A stretch of DNA of 29,103 nucleotides from Candidatus Iainarchaeum sp. (GCA_038736825.1 JAVYME010000011.1:1-29103); one strand, 5' to 3'. Numbered from the stretch's first letter, positions 7,932 through 15,800 are shown. Made by a program: numbers and translations. Notes: a model not told the origin generated them from the letters alone.

Positions 7932-7951
7932 GCCTGCTTTTTTATTTTTTT
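7914..7951 (+). terminator. hairpin GCAGGC/GCCTGC plus TTTTTTATTTTTTT
   Basis: The stem is 7914-7919 with 7932-7937, and the loop contains the stop codon of the small ORF. The T-rich tract at 7938-7951 may double as a TATA-like box for a leaderless M16 mRNA, whose ATG lies about 24 nt downstream. Confidence 0.4.
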
Positions 7952-7968
7952 CCAACCAACTTCTTTCA

Positions 7969-9189
7969 ATGAAAACAGTTTTGCTTGATAATGGCTTGAC
8001 ATTGGCGCTAGTGCATTTTCCTGGAAGCACTGCGGGTTTTGATTTTTGTGCAAATTACGGTCCAGCCTTTGAAGGAAAAAAAGAGGCTGGAATTGGGCAT
8101 TTCCTTGAGCATGTTTTTCTTTCTGGTTCAAGAAAGTATGGCAGAAAAAAACCATTCAGTCTCGTGGAAGGCAGGGGCGGCGAACTAAATGCTTTTACTT
8201 CAATGGAAGAAACGCATTTTTACAGCAGAGTGCGTTGTGCTGATTTCTCCCTTCCTGCAAAAATCTTTGGAGCTTGTTTTAACGACTTTTCTTTCAAAGA
8301 AAAGCATGTTGCCACAGAGAAAAAAATAATATTGAACGAGATAAAGGAAGTGAAAGACCACCCTGTGAAACGGTTGTTTGACGAATTCTGGGAAATAGCC
8401 CTTCCAAAGCCATTCAACAGGAGCATACTCGGCACAGAAAAAACAGTCAGTAAAATAACTCCAGCAATGCTTGAAAGGTGCCTTAAAAAAAACTATTTTT
8501 CCCAAAACTGTGTCTTTGGGATTGCAACTTCTCTTCCTGAAAAAAAAATATTGGGTGAAATAGGGAGCGCCTTTTCTTTCAGGGCCGGCAGAACAAAAAA
8601 AATCAAGGCAAAAGCTGGCTGGCGCAAAGCAAGGGAGCGCGAGTCTATTGCAAAAACAGAGCAAGCGCACTGTTGCTTAGGGTTTCCAGTAATGCCGGCT
8701 AATAGCGAACCTTATTTTGCAATGACCCTTATAGATTGCTATCTGGGGGGCGGAATAAGCTCTAAACTAATGCAAGAAATTAGAGAAAAAAGGGGCCTTA
8801 GCTATCAAGTGGCAACTTATCTTGATGTTGAAAAGGCACACGGTGTTTTTGCAGTTTATTTTTCCACCAAACCGGAAAAGGTTAATGAAGCCAAAAAACT
8901 GGTTCTCAAGGAATTTGAAAGGCTTCAATCAAAAAAGCTTGGAAGCCAGGTGCTGTCCAAACTGAAAAACCAAGTCATTGGTTCCAAGTCATTAGAATTA
9001 GAAAATTCTTATAACAATGCCAGGTTAGCAGTGGAATGTCTTCTTTATGGGTGGGGCTCTCCAGAACAGTTTATTGAAAAAATAAAGGCAGTAAGTGCAG
9101 AAGAAATAAAACAAGTGGCAAGAGACTTTTTACAGACAGAAGAGTATGCGTTCGCCAAACTTCTGCCGGAAAAATCCGCATCAAAATAA
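7969..9189 (+). CDS. M16 (pitrilysin/insulinase) family zinc peptidase
   Basis: 406 aa with the inverted zinc motif HxxEH in AGIGHFLEHVFLSGSRKYG. The overall two-lobe M16 layout is present (LNAFTSMEETHFY..., C-terminal LSYQVATY...). Confidence 0.85.
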   Translation: MKTVLLDNGLTLALVHFPGSTAGFDFCANYGPAFEGKKEAGIGHFLEHVFLSGSRKYGRKKPFSLVEGRGGELNAFTSMEETHFYSRVRCADFSLPAKIFGACFNDFSFKEKHVATEKKIILNEIKEVKDHPVKRLFDEFWEIALPKPFNRSILGTEKTVSKITPAMLERCLKKNYFSQNCVFGIATSLPEKKILGEIGSAFSFRAGRTKKIKAKAGWRKARERESIAKTEQAHCCLGFPVMPANSEPYFAMTLIDCYLGGGISSKLMQEIREKRGLSYQVATYLDVEKAHGVFAVYFSTKPEKVNEAKKLVLKEFERLQSKKLGSQVLSKLKNQVIGSKSLELENSYNNARLAVECLLYGWGSPEQFIEKIKAVSAEEIKQVARDFLQTEEYAFAKLLPEKSASK

Positions 9190-9928
9190 CTAACAGCGGG
9201 CCTTTAGCAAATATTTTGCAGAACCACTGAAAAATATAATATTATACATAACAGGGCGGTTGTAGGCTTTTTACTGAGCACTGTTGCTTTTAGTTGTTTT
9301 TGAGGTGCAAATTTTACAAAAATGCGGCATAACAGATATTATGCTGCAAAAGGCAAAAATGCAAAATTTTGCACTCTGGAAGGCCTTAAAGTGCAAAAAA
9401 ACGCATTTTTCCTAGGGGTTTTTTGAAGTTGCTGGGAATGGCTTGAAATGGCTCATTATGTATAAAACTCCAAAAAAGAGGCAATTTGTTATGTAGCAAA
9501 CTTTTAGCGAAATGGCTTGGAATGCCTTTTCCAAAACACCAAATCCGGGAACAGCAAAAAATTTTCAAACCAGCGTTGGCTGCGGGATTTCCAGAGCGCA
9601 AAAAAATTCGGCACCACCATACAAAAACCCAGCGCAACAATGGTGCGGCCACAAAAAATCCCAATTTACGAAAAGCCGGCAAAAGGCAATAAAAAAATAG
9701 TCAAAAAACAAGAGAAAAGGTCCAAAAAACCTAAAAAAAGCCTAAAATAAAATCCTCTTGAAACCGCGTGCGAGAGAACAGTTGTCCAAGATTTTGTGTA
9801 AAAATTTTTGGCTAGCACCAGGGTTAACATGCCTTGGCTTTGGCTTTTTTGTTTAGGCGGCCAGTGGGAGACTAACCAGTTAATTATGTATAAAGTTGAT
9901 ACATAACGGCTATTTTTGTCATTCTTCC
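9190..9928. other. repeat-dense region without a convincing ORF (possible ncRNA, small-protein transcript, or protein-binding or origin-like region)
   Basis: Only short, mutually overlapping, low-complexity ORFs in three frames. The region contains nested inverted repeats, a 12-bp palindrome, TGCAAAA iterations and duplicated AATGGCTTG units (see findings). A TATA-like ATTATGTATAAAA lies at 9455-9467, and a hairpin with T6 lies at about 9818-9850. Confidence 0.5.
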
Positions 9929-10288
9929 TTAAGCATCCACCTTCAAAGTGAAAGTATTCTCATATTGCTTGTCTGCAAACTGATAATTTGAAAGGTGCTC
10001 TTGCACTCTAACCCCTATTTCTTCTTCCCCTGGATCTGTGCTGGCTTTTGGGAAGATTTGAAAGTAAAGAGTTTTTTCCTCGCTTGGCTTTATTGAGTCT
10101 ATTCTCACCAGTTCGCTGTTCTTGAAACCCCCTTTAGTGAATGCAAGCTTAGGAGACAGCATTACCTTTACAGTAAGCTTTGTTTCCTTGTCATTCTCAT
10201 TTCTTATAAAGAGGGCCATTTGTACAGGCTCTCTCCTTGAAAGGACCATGCGCAATGGCGTGAAGCGGCAGTTTACAAAGATTGCCAT
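9929..10288 (-). CDS. hypothetical protein, predicted beta-rich
   Basis: 119-aa ORF with a strong GGGAGGAG Shine-Dalgarno just upstream of the ATG at 10288. Alternating beta-strand-like pattern (KLTVKVMLSP.., TLYFQIFPK.., IGVRVQE.., TFTLKVDA). No family recognised. Confidence 0.6.
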   Translation of the reverse strand: MAIFVNCRFTPLRMVLSRREPVQMALFIRNENDKETKLTVKVMLSPKLAFTKGGFKNSELVRIDSIKPSEEKTLYFQIFPKASTDPGEEEIGVRVQEHLSNYQFADKQYENTFTLKVDA

Positions 10289-10387
10289 TTTCTCTCCTCC
10301 CTCTTGACAGGCTTTTTGTTTGCTAAGTTAACCCTATGCAATGAAACAGATTAAAAACAATGGTTAAAAAAACTATAGAATATTATT

Positions 10388-10401
10388 TTTCCAGTGGAAA
10401 T
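10388..10401. promoter_or_regulatory. dyad TTTCCAGTGGAAAT next to a TATA-like box (candidate operator; resembles an archaeal ORB core)
   Basis: TTTCC-AGT-GGAAA dyad symmetry read directly. It lies 2 nt downstream of ATAGAATATTAT (10374-10386), in the divergent intergenic region between the 10288 and 10501 genes. Confidence 0.35.
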
Positions 10402-10500
10402 AGTTTTTTGTCAATGTTTTTTTTTTTGAAACTGCAAATTGGTGTTATTTTGAAGCATCCAGAGTCAGAGCTTGTGAGAAAATCCTTCACTTTCCGTAGA

Positions 10501-10920
10501 ATGGATTTGCCACCACAAGTTTTTCTTACAAAGAAATCGCTTTTGCGCTGGCTTTGCCTTTCCCTTGGCCTAATGAGCGAAAACGAGTCAAGATCCACAG
10601 TGGTTGAAATCCTTGATGCTTTTTTTTTCTTTGTTTTTTCTAAAAAAGAAAAGCCGTCATCTCAACAAATAAAGGCTTTTCTTGAAAAAAACCGCGGCAT
10701 TTCTGTTTCCGAAAAACTTGTCCGATATCACTTGAACCGCTTGTGCGATTTGGGTTTTGTGGTTCACGAAAAAGGCTTTTATTCCTTGAATCCTGCACCG
10801 GATGCTGAACGCGATGATCTTCCAGCGGCTTTCAGGCACTGGTATCGCAGGGAAATAGAGGATTCAACCCAAATCATGGAAAAGGCATTGGCAAAAGTGC
10901 AAGCAGCCTACGAGAAATAG
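10501..10920 (+). CDS. winged helix-turn-helix DNA-binding protein (putative transcriptional regulator)
   Basis: The ORF runs 10360..10920. The C-terminal two-thirds reads as a wHTH (SSQQIKAFLEKNRGISVSEKLVRYHLNRLCDLGFVVHEKGFYSLNP). The first 47 codons are T-rich and overlap a TATA-like box, so I prefer Met48 (10501). Alternative starts are 10360 and 10414. Confidence 0.55.
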   Translation: MDLPPQVFLTKKSLLRWLCLSLGLMSENESRSTVVEILDAFFFFVFSKKEKPSSQQIKAFLEKNRGISVSEKLVRYHLNRLCDLGFVVHEKGFYSLNPAPDAERDDLPAAFRHWYRREIEDSTQIMEKALAKVQAAYEK

Positions 10921-10934
10921 GATTTGTAGAAAAA

Positions 10935-12656
10935 TTATTGTGAATAGCAGTTTGTTCTAAAAACCGAGCCATCAATGTATCGGCCGTCGCCTTGCTGGAA
11001 TTTGCACCCGTTAACCACTGTTCCACAATGATCACATTGTCCAACGTATTCTCCTGGGATTGCTGGCACTATTTCTCCATTGTATGTTGTTTGGATCATG
11101 GCTGGGGCTGGTATTCCCCACTTGGATATTATTTGTTGTTCCCATGCTTGTTTGCATGTTGTAAAATCCATGCAAATGCAGGGCAATACTGCCATGCAAG
11201 AGTTTGGAGTGGTTATAAGTACACAGTTTGTTATTTGTGGTTGAACTCCTTGGCAGTTGGGCTTTGGCTGGGCTGGTGTCTGGGTTGTTGTTATGCAGTT
11301 TGTTCCACTGCAATTTCCAACTGTTGGGAGTTCGCAACAGTTTTGCTGAGTTAGTATTGTACCCCCGCAACGGTCGCATATTTCGACTGGTATGGATTTC
11401 ATTGTTCCTTGCACGTATAGTGCTGTTTTGCCGTTGTAGGTTCCTTGCTGGAAGTTTTTTGGTCCAACTGATGCTGTCCATGCGTCAATGCATTTTTGAA
11501 TGCTTGCTCCTTGTTCGCATTCGCATGGCAGCCAGATCCTGCAATTTTGCAGGTCGCTGGCGCAGGGTTGCAAGGTGCATTTTGTTTCTGGTGTCGGCGT
11601 TTTCACTGGCGTGGGCAATGGCTGGCATTCGCCTTCGCAATTCATTGTTTTTGTGTCACACCATGCCGGTATTGTGTTTGTTTCATACCTGAGCACTATT
11701 TCTTGTGTTTCGTCGTTTCTGCTTTCCACTTCGATTTTTTCTTCTAGTCCGAGTTCGAGTCTTTTTCTCCAGTGGTTTTCACAGGCTAAAATGCTTTTGC
11801 ACTTGCATGGCAATAAGTAAACGCATTTTTGTTTTTCCTGCACTGGCAGGTTTTCTTCTATGCATTCTCTTGTTTCCACTTTGCCGAATGCATTGAATTC
11901 CAGTGTTTTGGTTCTATAGTTTGTTTCGTCTGTTTTTTCCACGGCGGTTATTTCTGCTTCGTATTTTCCGTTTTCGCTTATTTCAATTTCCAGTTCTCCG
12001 CTTTTTTTTTCTCCGGTTTCAAGTGGGAATTCTGTTGAGAATTCTTTCACGAATTTTTTTTCAACTGTGCCGTCGCTTCGCTCGAGTTTTCTGAAAACCT
12101 TTGCTTTTACTTGCATTGAAACAATGTCTTTTTTTCCAGTGTTTTCCACTTCAAAGGGGATTTTTAGCTTGCTTGTTTCTGCAAGGTTCAATTCTTTGGT
12201 TGAGAGCTCGAGCTGGTTTATTTGGATTTGCGCTGGCTCTGAACCCAAGTATACTTTGCAAATGTAAAGGTTTTCATAACGGCATCTGGCTGAAAAAGGC
12301 ACTGTTTTTTCTTGGTTGAAGGAAAAATACCTTCTTGTGCCAGTATTGTCCCATTCTATTGTTTTGCTGCAATCTTTGCCTTGTTCGCAGCAAAAAAGGG
12401 AATTATTGCAATTGAACACTACTGCGCGGTCTGGGCTTTCAAATCCTGTTGCGTGAACTGTGTGGCCTGCTTTGAAGGTGCCTTCTTGGGTTGAATAAAC
12501 GCCGAGTTGCTCTTCAGCTCTGTCCAGGTTTTTTTTGACAACCTCTATTGGGTTTTCTTTCCAAAGATAGTTTGGTCCAAAATGGAAAAGGAATAAATAG
12601 AGCAATGCTGCTGCCAGAATGCCGTAAACTGCAAGCTTGAAAGTGCTTTGTTCCAT
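10935..12656 (-). CDS. membrane-anchored, Cys-rich extracellular repeat protein (novel architecture)
   Basis: 573 aa with an N-terminal signal anchor (FKLAVYGILAAALLYLFLFHF). A Cys-free beta-sandwich-like segment spans about residues 150-260. Three roughly 85-aa Cys-rich modules follow, sharing C-x3-LPC-x-C...C-x3-W...TYNG...CD-x-CG. Pro/Thr linkers separate the modules. Confidence 0.8.
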   Translation of the reverse strand: MEQSTFKLAVYGILAAALLYLFLFHFGPNYLWKENPIEVVKKNLDRAEEQLGVYSTQEGTFKAGHTVHATGFESPDRAVVFNCNNSLFCCEQGKDCSKTIEWDNTGTRRYFSFNQEKTVPFSARCRYENLYICKVYLGSEPAQIQINQLELSTKELNLAETSKLKIPFEVENTGKKDIVSMQVKAKVFRKLERSDGTVEKKFVKEFSTEFPLETGEKKSGELEIEISENGKYEAEITAVEKTDETNYRTKTLEFNAFGKVETRECIEENLPVQEKQKCVYLLPCKCKSILACENHWRKRLELGLEEKIEVESRNDETQEIVLRYETNTIPAWCDTKTMNCEGECQPLPTPVKTPTPETKCTLQPCASDLQNCRIWLPCECEQGASIQKCIDAWTASVGPKNFQQGTYNGKTALYVQGTMKSIPVEICDRCGGTILTQQNCCELPTVGNCSGTNCITTTQTPAQPKPNCQGVQPQITNCVLITTPNSCMAVLPCICMDFTTCKQAWEQQIISKWGIPAPAMIQTTYNGEIVPAIPGEYVGQCDHCGTVVNGCKFQQGDGRYIDGSVFRTNCYSQ

Positions 12657-12712
12657 GGATTAGAATATGCGGTTCCCCATTATTATTTCTTTTGCTTTAT
12701 TTATTTGAATTG

Positions 12713-13540
12713 ATGAAAACCATTGTTGTTTCAAGGGAAGATATTGGCGGAATGAACATTTATGCGAGACTGATTGAGAATTTTGATTTTGTTGAAACCA
12801 GTGCTTCCTATAAGGGCAATTCTTTTTTTGAATCAAAGAAAACAGGTCTTTTCCTTGTTTTGATTGATTCCCTTCACATTTTTTCAGAGCATCTTGACGA
12901 ACTCAATGCAGAATTCATAATTTTTGCCTCTCGTCATTCTTCCAAGTCTGGAACTCCCACTTTGAGTGTTCACCCTGTCGGCAATTGGGGCAAGGCTGAG
13001 CTTGGCGGCATTGATTGTTCTCTTGGAAGAGCCTCTGCTGCCTTAATGAAAAACTATTTGTTGGGTTTAAGGGAAAAAAGGGACTCTTTTGGGTTAAAAT
13101 TTGAGGTTTCTTATGAGGCAACCCATCACGGTCCTTTCCTTAAAACGCCTTGTTGTTTTATAGAGGTTGGCAGTTCGGAGAAGCAGTGGAGGGATGAAAA
13201 GGCTGCTCTGGCAATAGCTGAAACCATAATGGAGCGCTCTTTTTTTTTGCCTTGCAAGCCAGTGATTGGTGTTGGGGGTTTGCATTACAATCCCCATTTT
13301 ACTGAAATAGCGCTTTCAACAGAGTTTGCTTTTTCCCACATGTGCCCAAAATATGCTTTGCCTTTTTTCAATATGGAAATGCTGGAAAAGGCAATTTTTT
13401 CCTCTATTGAAAAGCCAGAGGCGATTGTGGTGGAGTACAAGGGGCTTGGAGAGGAAAAGCACCGCATTTTGTCTCTTTTGGAGTCACAGTCTTTTCTGCC
13501 AGTGAAAAGAACAAATGAGGTGAAAAACAGCAAAAAATAA
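12713..13540 (+). CDS. dtdA: D-aminoacyl-tRNA deacylase, archaeal type (DtdA / DTD2)
   Basis: MKTIVVSREDIGGMNIYARLIENFDF, FASRHSSKSGTPTLSVHPVGNW, YEATHHGP and IEVGSSEKQW are collinear with archaeal DTD2. I prefer the start at Met8 of the listed ORF (12692). Confidence 0.85.
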   Translation: MKTIVVSREDIGGMNIYARLIENFDFVETSASYKGNSFFESKKTGLFLVLIDSLHIFSEHLDELNAEFIIFASRHSSKSGTPTLSVHPVGNWGKAELGGIDCSLGRASAALMKNYLLGLREKRDSFGLKFEVSYEATHHGPFLKTPCCFIEVGSSEKQWRDEKAALAIAETIMERSFFLPCKPVIGVGGLHYNPHFTEIALSTEFAFSHMCPKYALPFFNMEMLEKAIFSSIEKPEAIVVEYKGLGEEKHRILSLLESQSFLPVKRTNEVKNSKK

Positions 13541-13556
13541 CACTTGTTATGTATAA

Positions 13557-14552
13557 TTAATTCTTTTTTTTCTTTAAATCTGGAATTTTTTTTGCATTCA
13601 ACAAAAACATTCCAATCCTGATTTCATTGATTCTTTTCCTTAAATATTCTTCCACTCCTTTTTCTCCGCCCTCAGCCTGCGCTTTCAGCACTGGCAATCC
13701 AATGCCGCCCAAGTCAGCGCCCAAGATTATTCCCTTTATTATGTCTAAGCCGTTTCTTATTCCGCCACTTGCAATTATCTGACCCTTGAATTCCTGCCGG
13801 CACTCGTAAATGCTTATTGCTGTTGGTATGCCGAAATCCCAAAATGTTTCCCCTAGTTCGCGGTTGCCTCTCAATGATTCAAGTCCAATCCATGAGGTTC
13901 CGCCTGCTCCCTGCACATCTATTGCCTTTATGTTTGTCTTTGCCAGTTTTCTTGCAACCATCCAGCTTATGCCATGCCCTACCTCTTTCACATAAACTGG
14001 TTTTTTGAGTTTTTTTGATATTTCTGCAATTTTTTCAAACGCCATCCTGAAATCCGGGGTTCCATCTGGTTGCACTGCCTCTTGTGCTGCATTTAAGTGT
14101 ATTGCTAGAGCGTCAGCCCCAACATCCAATAATGCTTTTTCAATGCGGTCAATCGAGAATTCCATTAATTGTGTTGCCCCAATGTTGCCTGCTAAAAAAA
14201 TGTCTGGGGCTACATCCCGCACATAATAGGTTTCCTTTAATTCTGGCTTTTCAATCATTGCTCTTTGCGAGCCCAAACCCATTCCCAAGCCGAGTTTCTG
14301 GCAGGCTTTTGCAATATCCTTGTTTATTTTTTTTGCCCTTTCAGTGCCCCCAGTGATAGCGCTCACAATCAGGGGAGCACTGAGTTTTTTTCCAAGAAAT
14401 TCTGTTGAGCAATCTATTTCTTCCAAGGAAATGTCTGGAAGGCAATTGTATTGCAATTGCACTTTTTCAAGCCCTGTTGTCACGCTTTTAAAGCAAACAT
14501 TTTCCTTTAATGCAATGTCCAAGTGCTCTTCCTTTCTTTTCTCGATGCCCAT
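13557..14552 (-). CDS. fni: isopentenyl-diphosphate delta-isomerase, type 2 (FMN-dependent)
   Basis: The N-terminus RKEEHLDIAL is followed by a TIM-barrel FMN-enzyme pattern (GSQRAM, VKEVGHGIS, DVQGAGGTSW, ASGGIRNGLD). I use the ATG at 14552. A GTG at 14561 is an alternative. Confidence 0.9.
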   Translation of the reverse strand: MGIEKRKEEHLDIALKENVCFKSVTTGLEKVQLQYNCLPDISLEEIDCSTEFLGKKLSAPLIVSAITGGTERAKKINKDIAKACQKLGLGMGLGSQRAMIEKPELKETYYVRDVAPDIFLAGNIGATQLMEFSIDRIEKALLDVGADALAIHLNAAQEAVQPDGTPDFRMAFEKIAEISKKLKKPVYVKEVGHGISWMVARKLAKTNIKAIDVQGAGGTSWIGLESLRGNRELGETFWDFGIPTAISIYECRQEFKGQIIASGGIRNGLDIIKGIILGADLGGIGLPVLKAQAEGGEKGVEEYLRKRINEIRIGMFLLNAKKIPDLKKKKN

Positions 14553-14576
14553 ATTCACCACAATGTTGCAAAAAAG

Positions 14577-15335
14577 TTAAAATTGGACGCCTGTGTGCTC
14601 TGAAATTATTCCAAGGATTTCCTCTTGCTTTATTGGCCTTATGCCTTTTGTTGTCGCTATTTTCCACTGCATTTCCTTTGAAAAACCCCAAGTGCTGATG
14701 TAAACCTTTACTCCAAGCCTTTTTACGTCTATTGCGTTGTAAAGAGTGTCCTCAAAGAAAACCATTCTCGGAAAAGGGGTTTTTGCTTTTTGGGCTAGCA
14801 ATGAGAACTGCCGGTCCTTTTCATGTGATACTGTTTTGTCTATTATTTTTTCTTGCTCTAACCATATGCCCTGGCTTTCCAAAAACAAAAGGATTGATTC
14901 GGCATCCCTTGTGCTCACAATCCAAGTGTCTATCTGTTCCATTGCCTTTCCAAATGCATCTATCACCTTTGCGTGCGGTTTCATGGTGTTAAGCCAGGCA
15001 TCCCTGTCTTCCCTTAAAACCGCTTTTCTCTTATAGTATTCGGCTTCAAGGGCAAGCACTTTTGCCTCTCCCATTTTTTGCTTTAACTTGTTTATCTGCC
15101 ATCTTCCCATTTTTGTTGTGTCCTCTCCTTGCGCTATCAAGCCAATGATTGGCATTACGTCCTTTCCAGTCCTTATAAGGTGAGTGGAATTCGCAAATTT
15201 TTCAAAAAAGAATTCAGGCGCATAATCCGTGTTGTTCATTTCATTAAAGGTTTTTGTTGCAGCTTGCACGACTTCTTCAAGCGGGTTGACGAGCACGCCG
15301 TCAAAATCAAACACTGTTAACCAATTGCATTCCAT
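14577..15335 (-). CDS. HAD-superfamily hydrolase-like protein, substrate unknown
   Basis: 252 aa with HAD motif I FDFDGVL at residues 9-15, a Ser/Thr motif II candidate IVSTRD and an acidic motif FFEDT near the C-terminus. An AGGAG Shine-Dalgarno lies 9 nt upstream of the ATG. The gene is embedded between the fni and ipk genes. Confidence 0.6.
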   Translation of the reverse strand: MECNWLTVFDFDGVLVNPLEEVVQAATKTFNEMNNTDYAPEFFFEKFANSTHLIRTGKDVMPIIGLIAQGEDTTKMGRWQINKLKQKMGEAKVLALEAEYYKRKAVLREDRDAWLNTMKPHAKVIDAFGKAMEQIDTWIVSTRDAESILLFLESQGIWLEQEKIIDKTVSHEKDRQFSLLAQKAKTPFPRMVFFEDTLYNAIDVKRLGVKVYISTWGFSKEMQWKIATTKGIRPIKQEEILGIISEHTGVQF

Positions 15336-15359
15336 TCAAACCAACTCCTGTCAAGAATG

Positions 15360-15800
15360 CTATGCATTCTTTTTAACCATCATTTGATAAAGCAAGGGCG
15401 ACTGGGTTGAGTACACAGTGTAAGGCATTGTTTTTTGGCTTATCAGTCCAGCCTTTTTCATTGCCTCGTGATAGAATTCCGGAGGCGTGTGCCCTTCATA
15501 AAATTTTATTTCCGCTTGTTTTTTTCCCTCTTCTAGGGGTGCTTTTTCAAGTTTTTCCAAGTATTTTGCAAGGTTTATTGGTTCGCCTTTTTTTGCAGCC
15601 CTGTCAAACCAGGACAGGAATCTTTCTTTTTCTGTTGGAGGATAATTGAGCAAGCCAATCCATGTTGAAAGCATTTCCCTTGTTGCAGCCAGTTCTGTTG
15701 GAGTCCAACCACCAGAAACCCCTTTTTTTCCTTTCAACCCCTTTTGCTGGAAAACAACAGGCATCAGTTTTTTTCGCGTGTTTTTCGGTTTTGCAGGCAA
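15360..15800 (-). CDS. hypothetical protein (146 aa) within the mevalonate cluster
   Basis: A TTG start at 15800 lies 4 nt after an AAGGTGA whose TGA is the stop codon of the upstream ipk gene. The protein has normal composition and a basic N-terminus. I recognise no motif. Confidence 0.5.
   Translation of the reverse strand: MPAKPKNTRKKLMPVVFQQKGLKGKKGVSGGWTPTELAATREMLSTWIGLLNYPPTEKERFLSWFDRAAKKGEPINLAKYLEKLEKAPLEEGKKQAEIKFYEGHTPPEFYHEAMKKAGLISQKTMPYTVYSTQSPLLYQMMVKKNA

Noticed and set aside
7683-8155. Two overlapping minus-strand ORFs (115 and 134 aa) upstream of and overlapping the M16 gene
   Set aside because: They overlap the start of the M16 peptidase gene and the better-supported 54-aa plus-strand ORF. 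They also have low-complexity composition and no ribosome-binding site.
9300-9530. Short repeated units that might hint at a CRISPR array
   Set aside because: The repeats are 7-18 nt long, irregularly spaced, and partly inverted or nested. There is no regular repeat-spacer periodicity and no cas genes in the window.
11032-11692. 149-aa minus-strand ORF and 154-aa plus-strand ORF inside the Cys-rich protein gene
   Set aside because: These are alternative-frame or antisense ORFs nested in a longer ORF that has a coherent signal anchor and repeat architecture. Their composition is biased, and neither has a recognisable start context.
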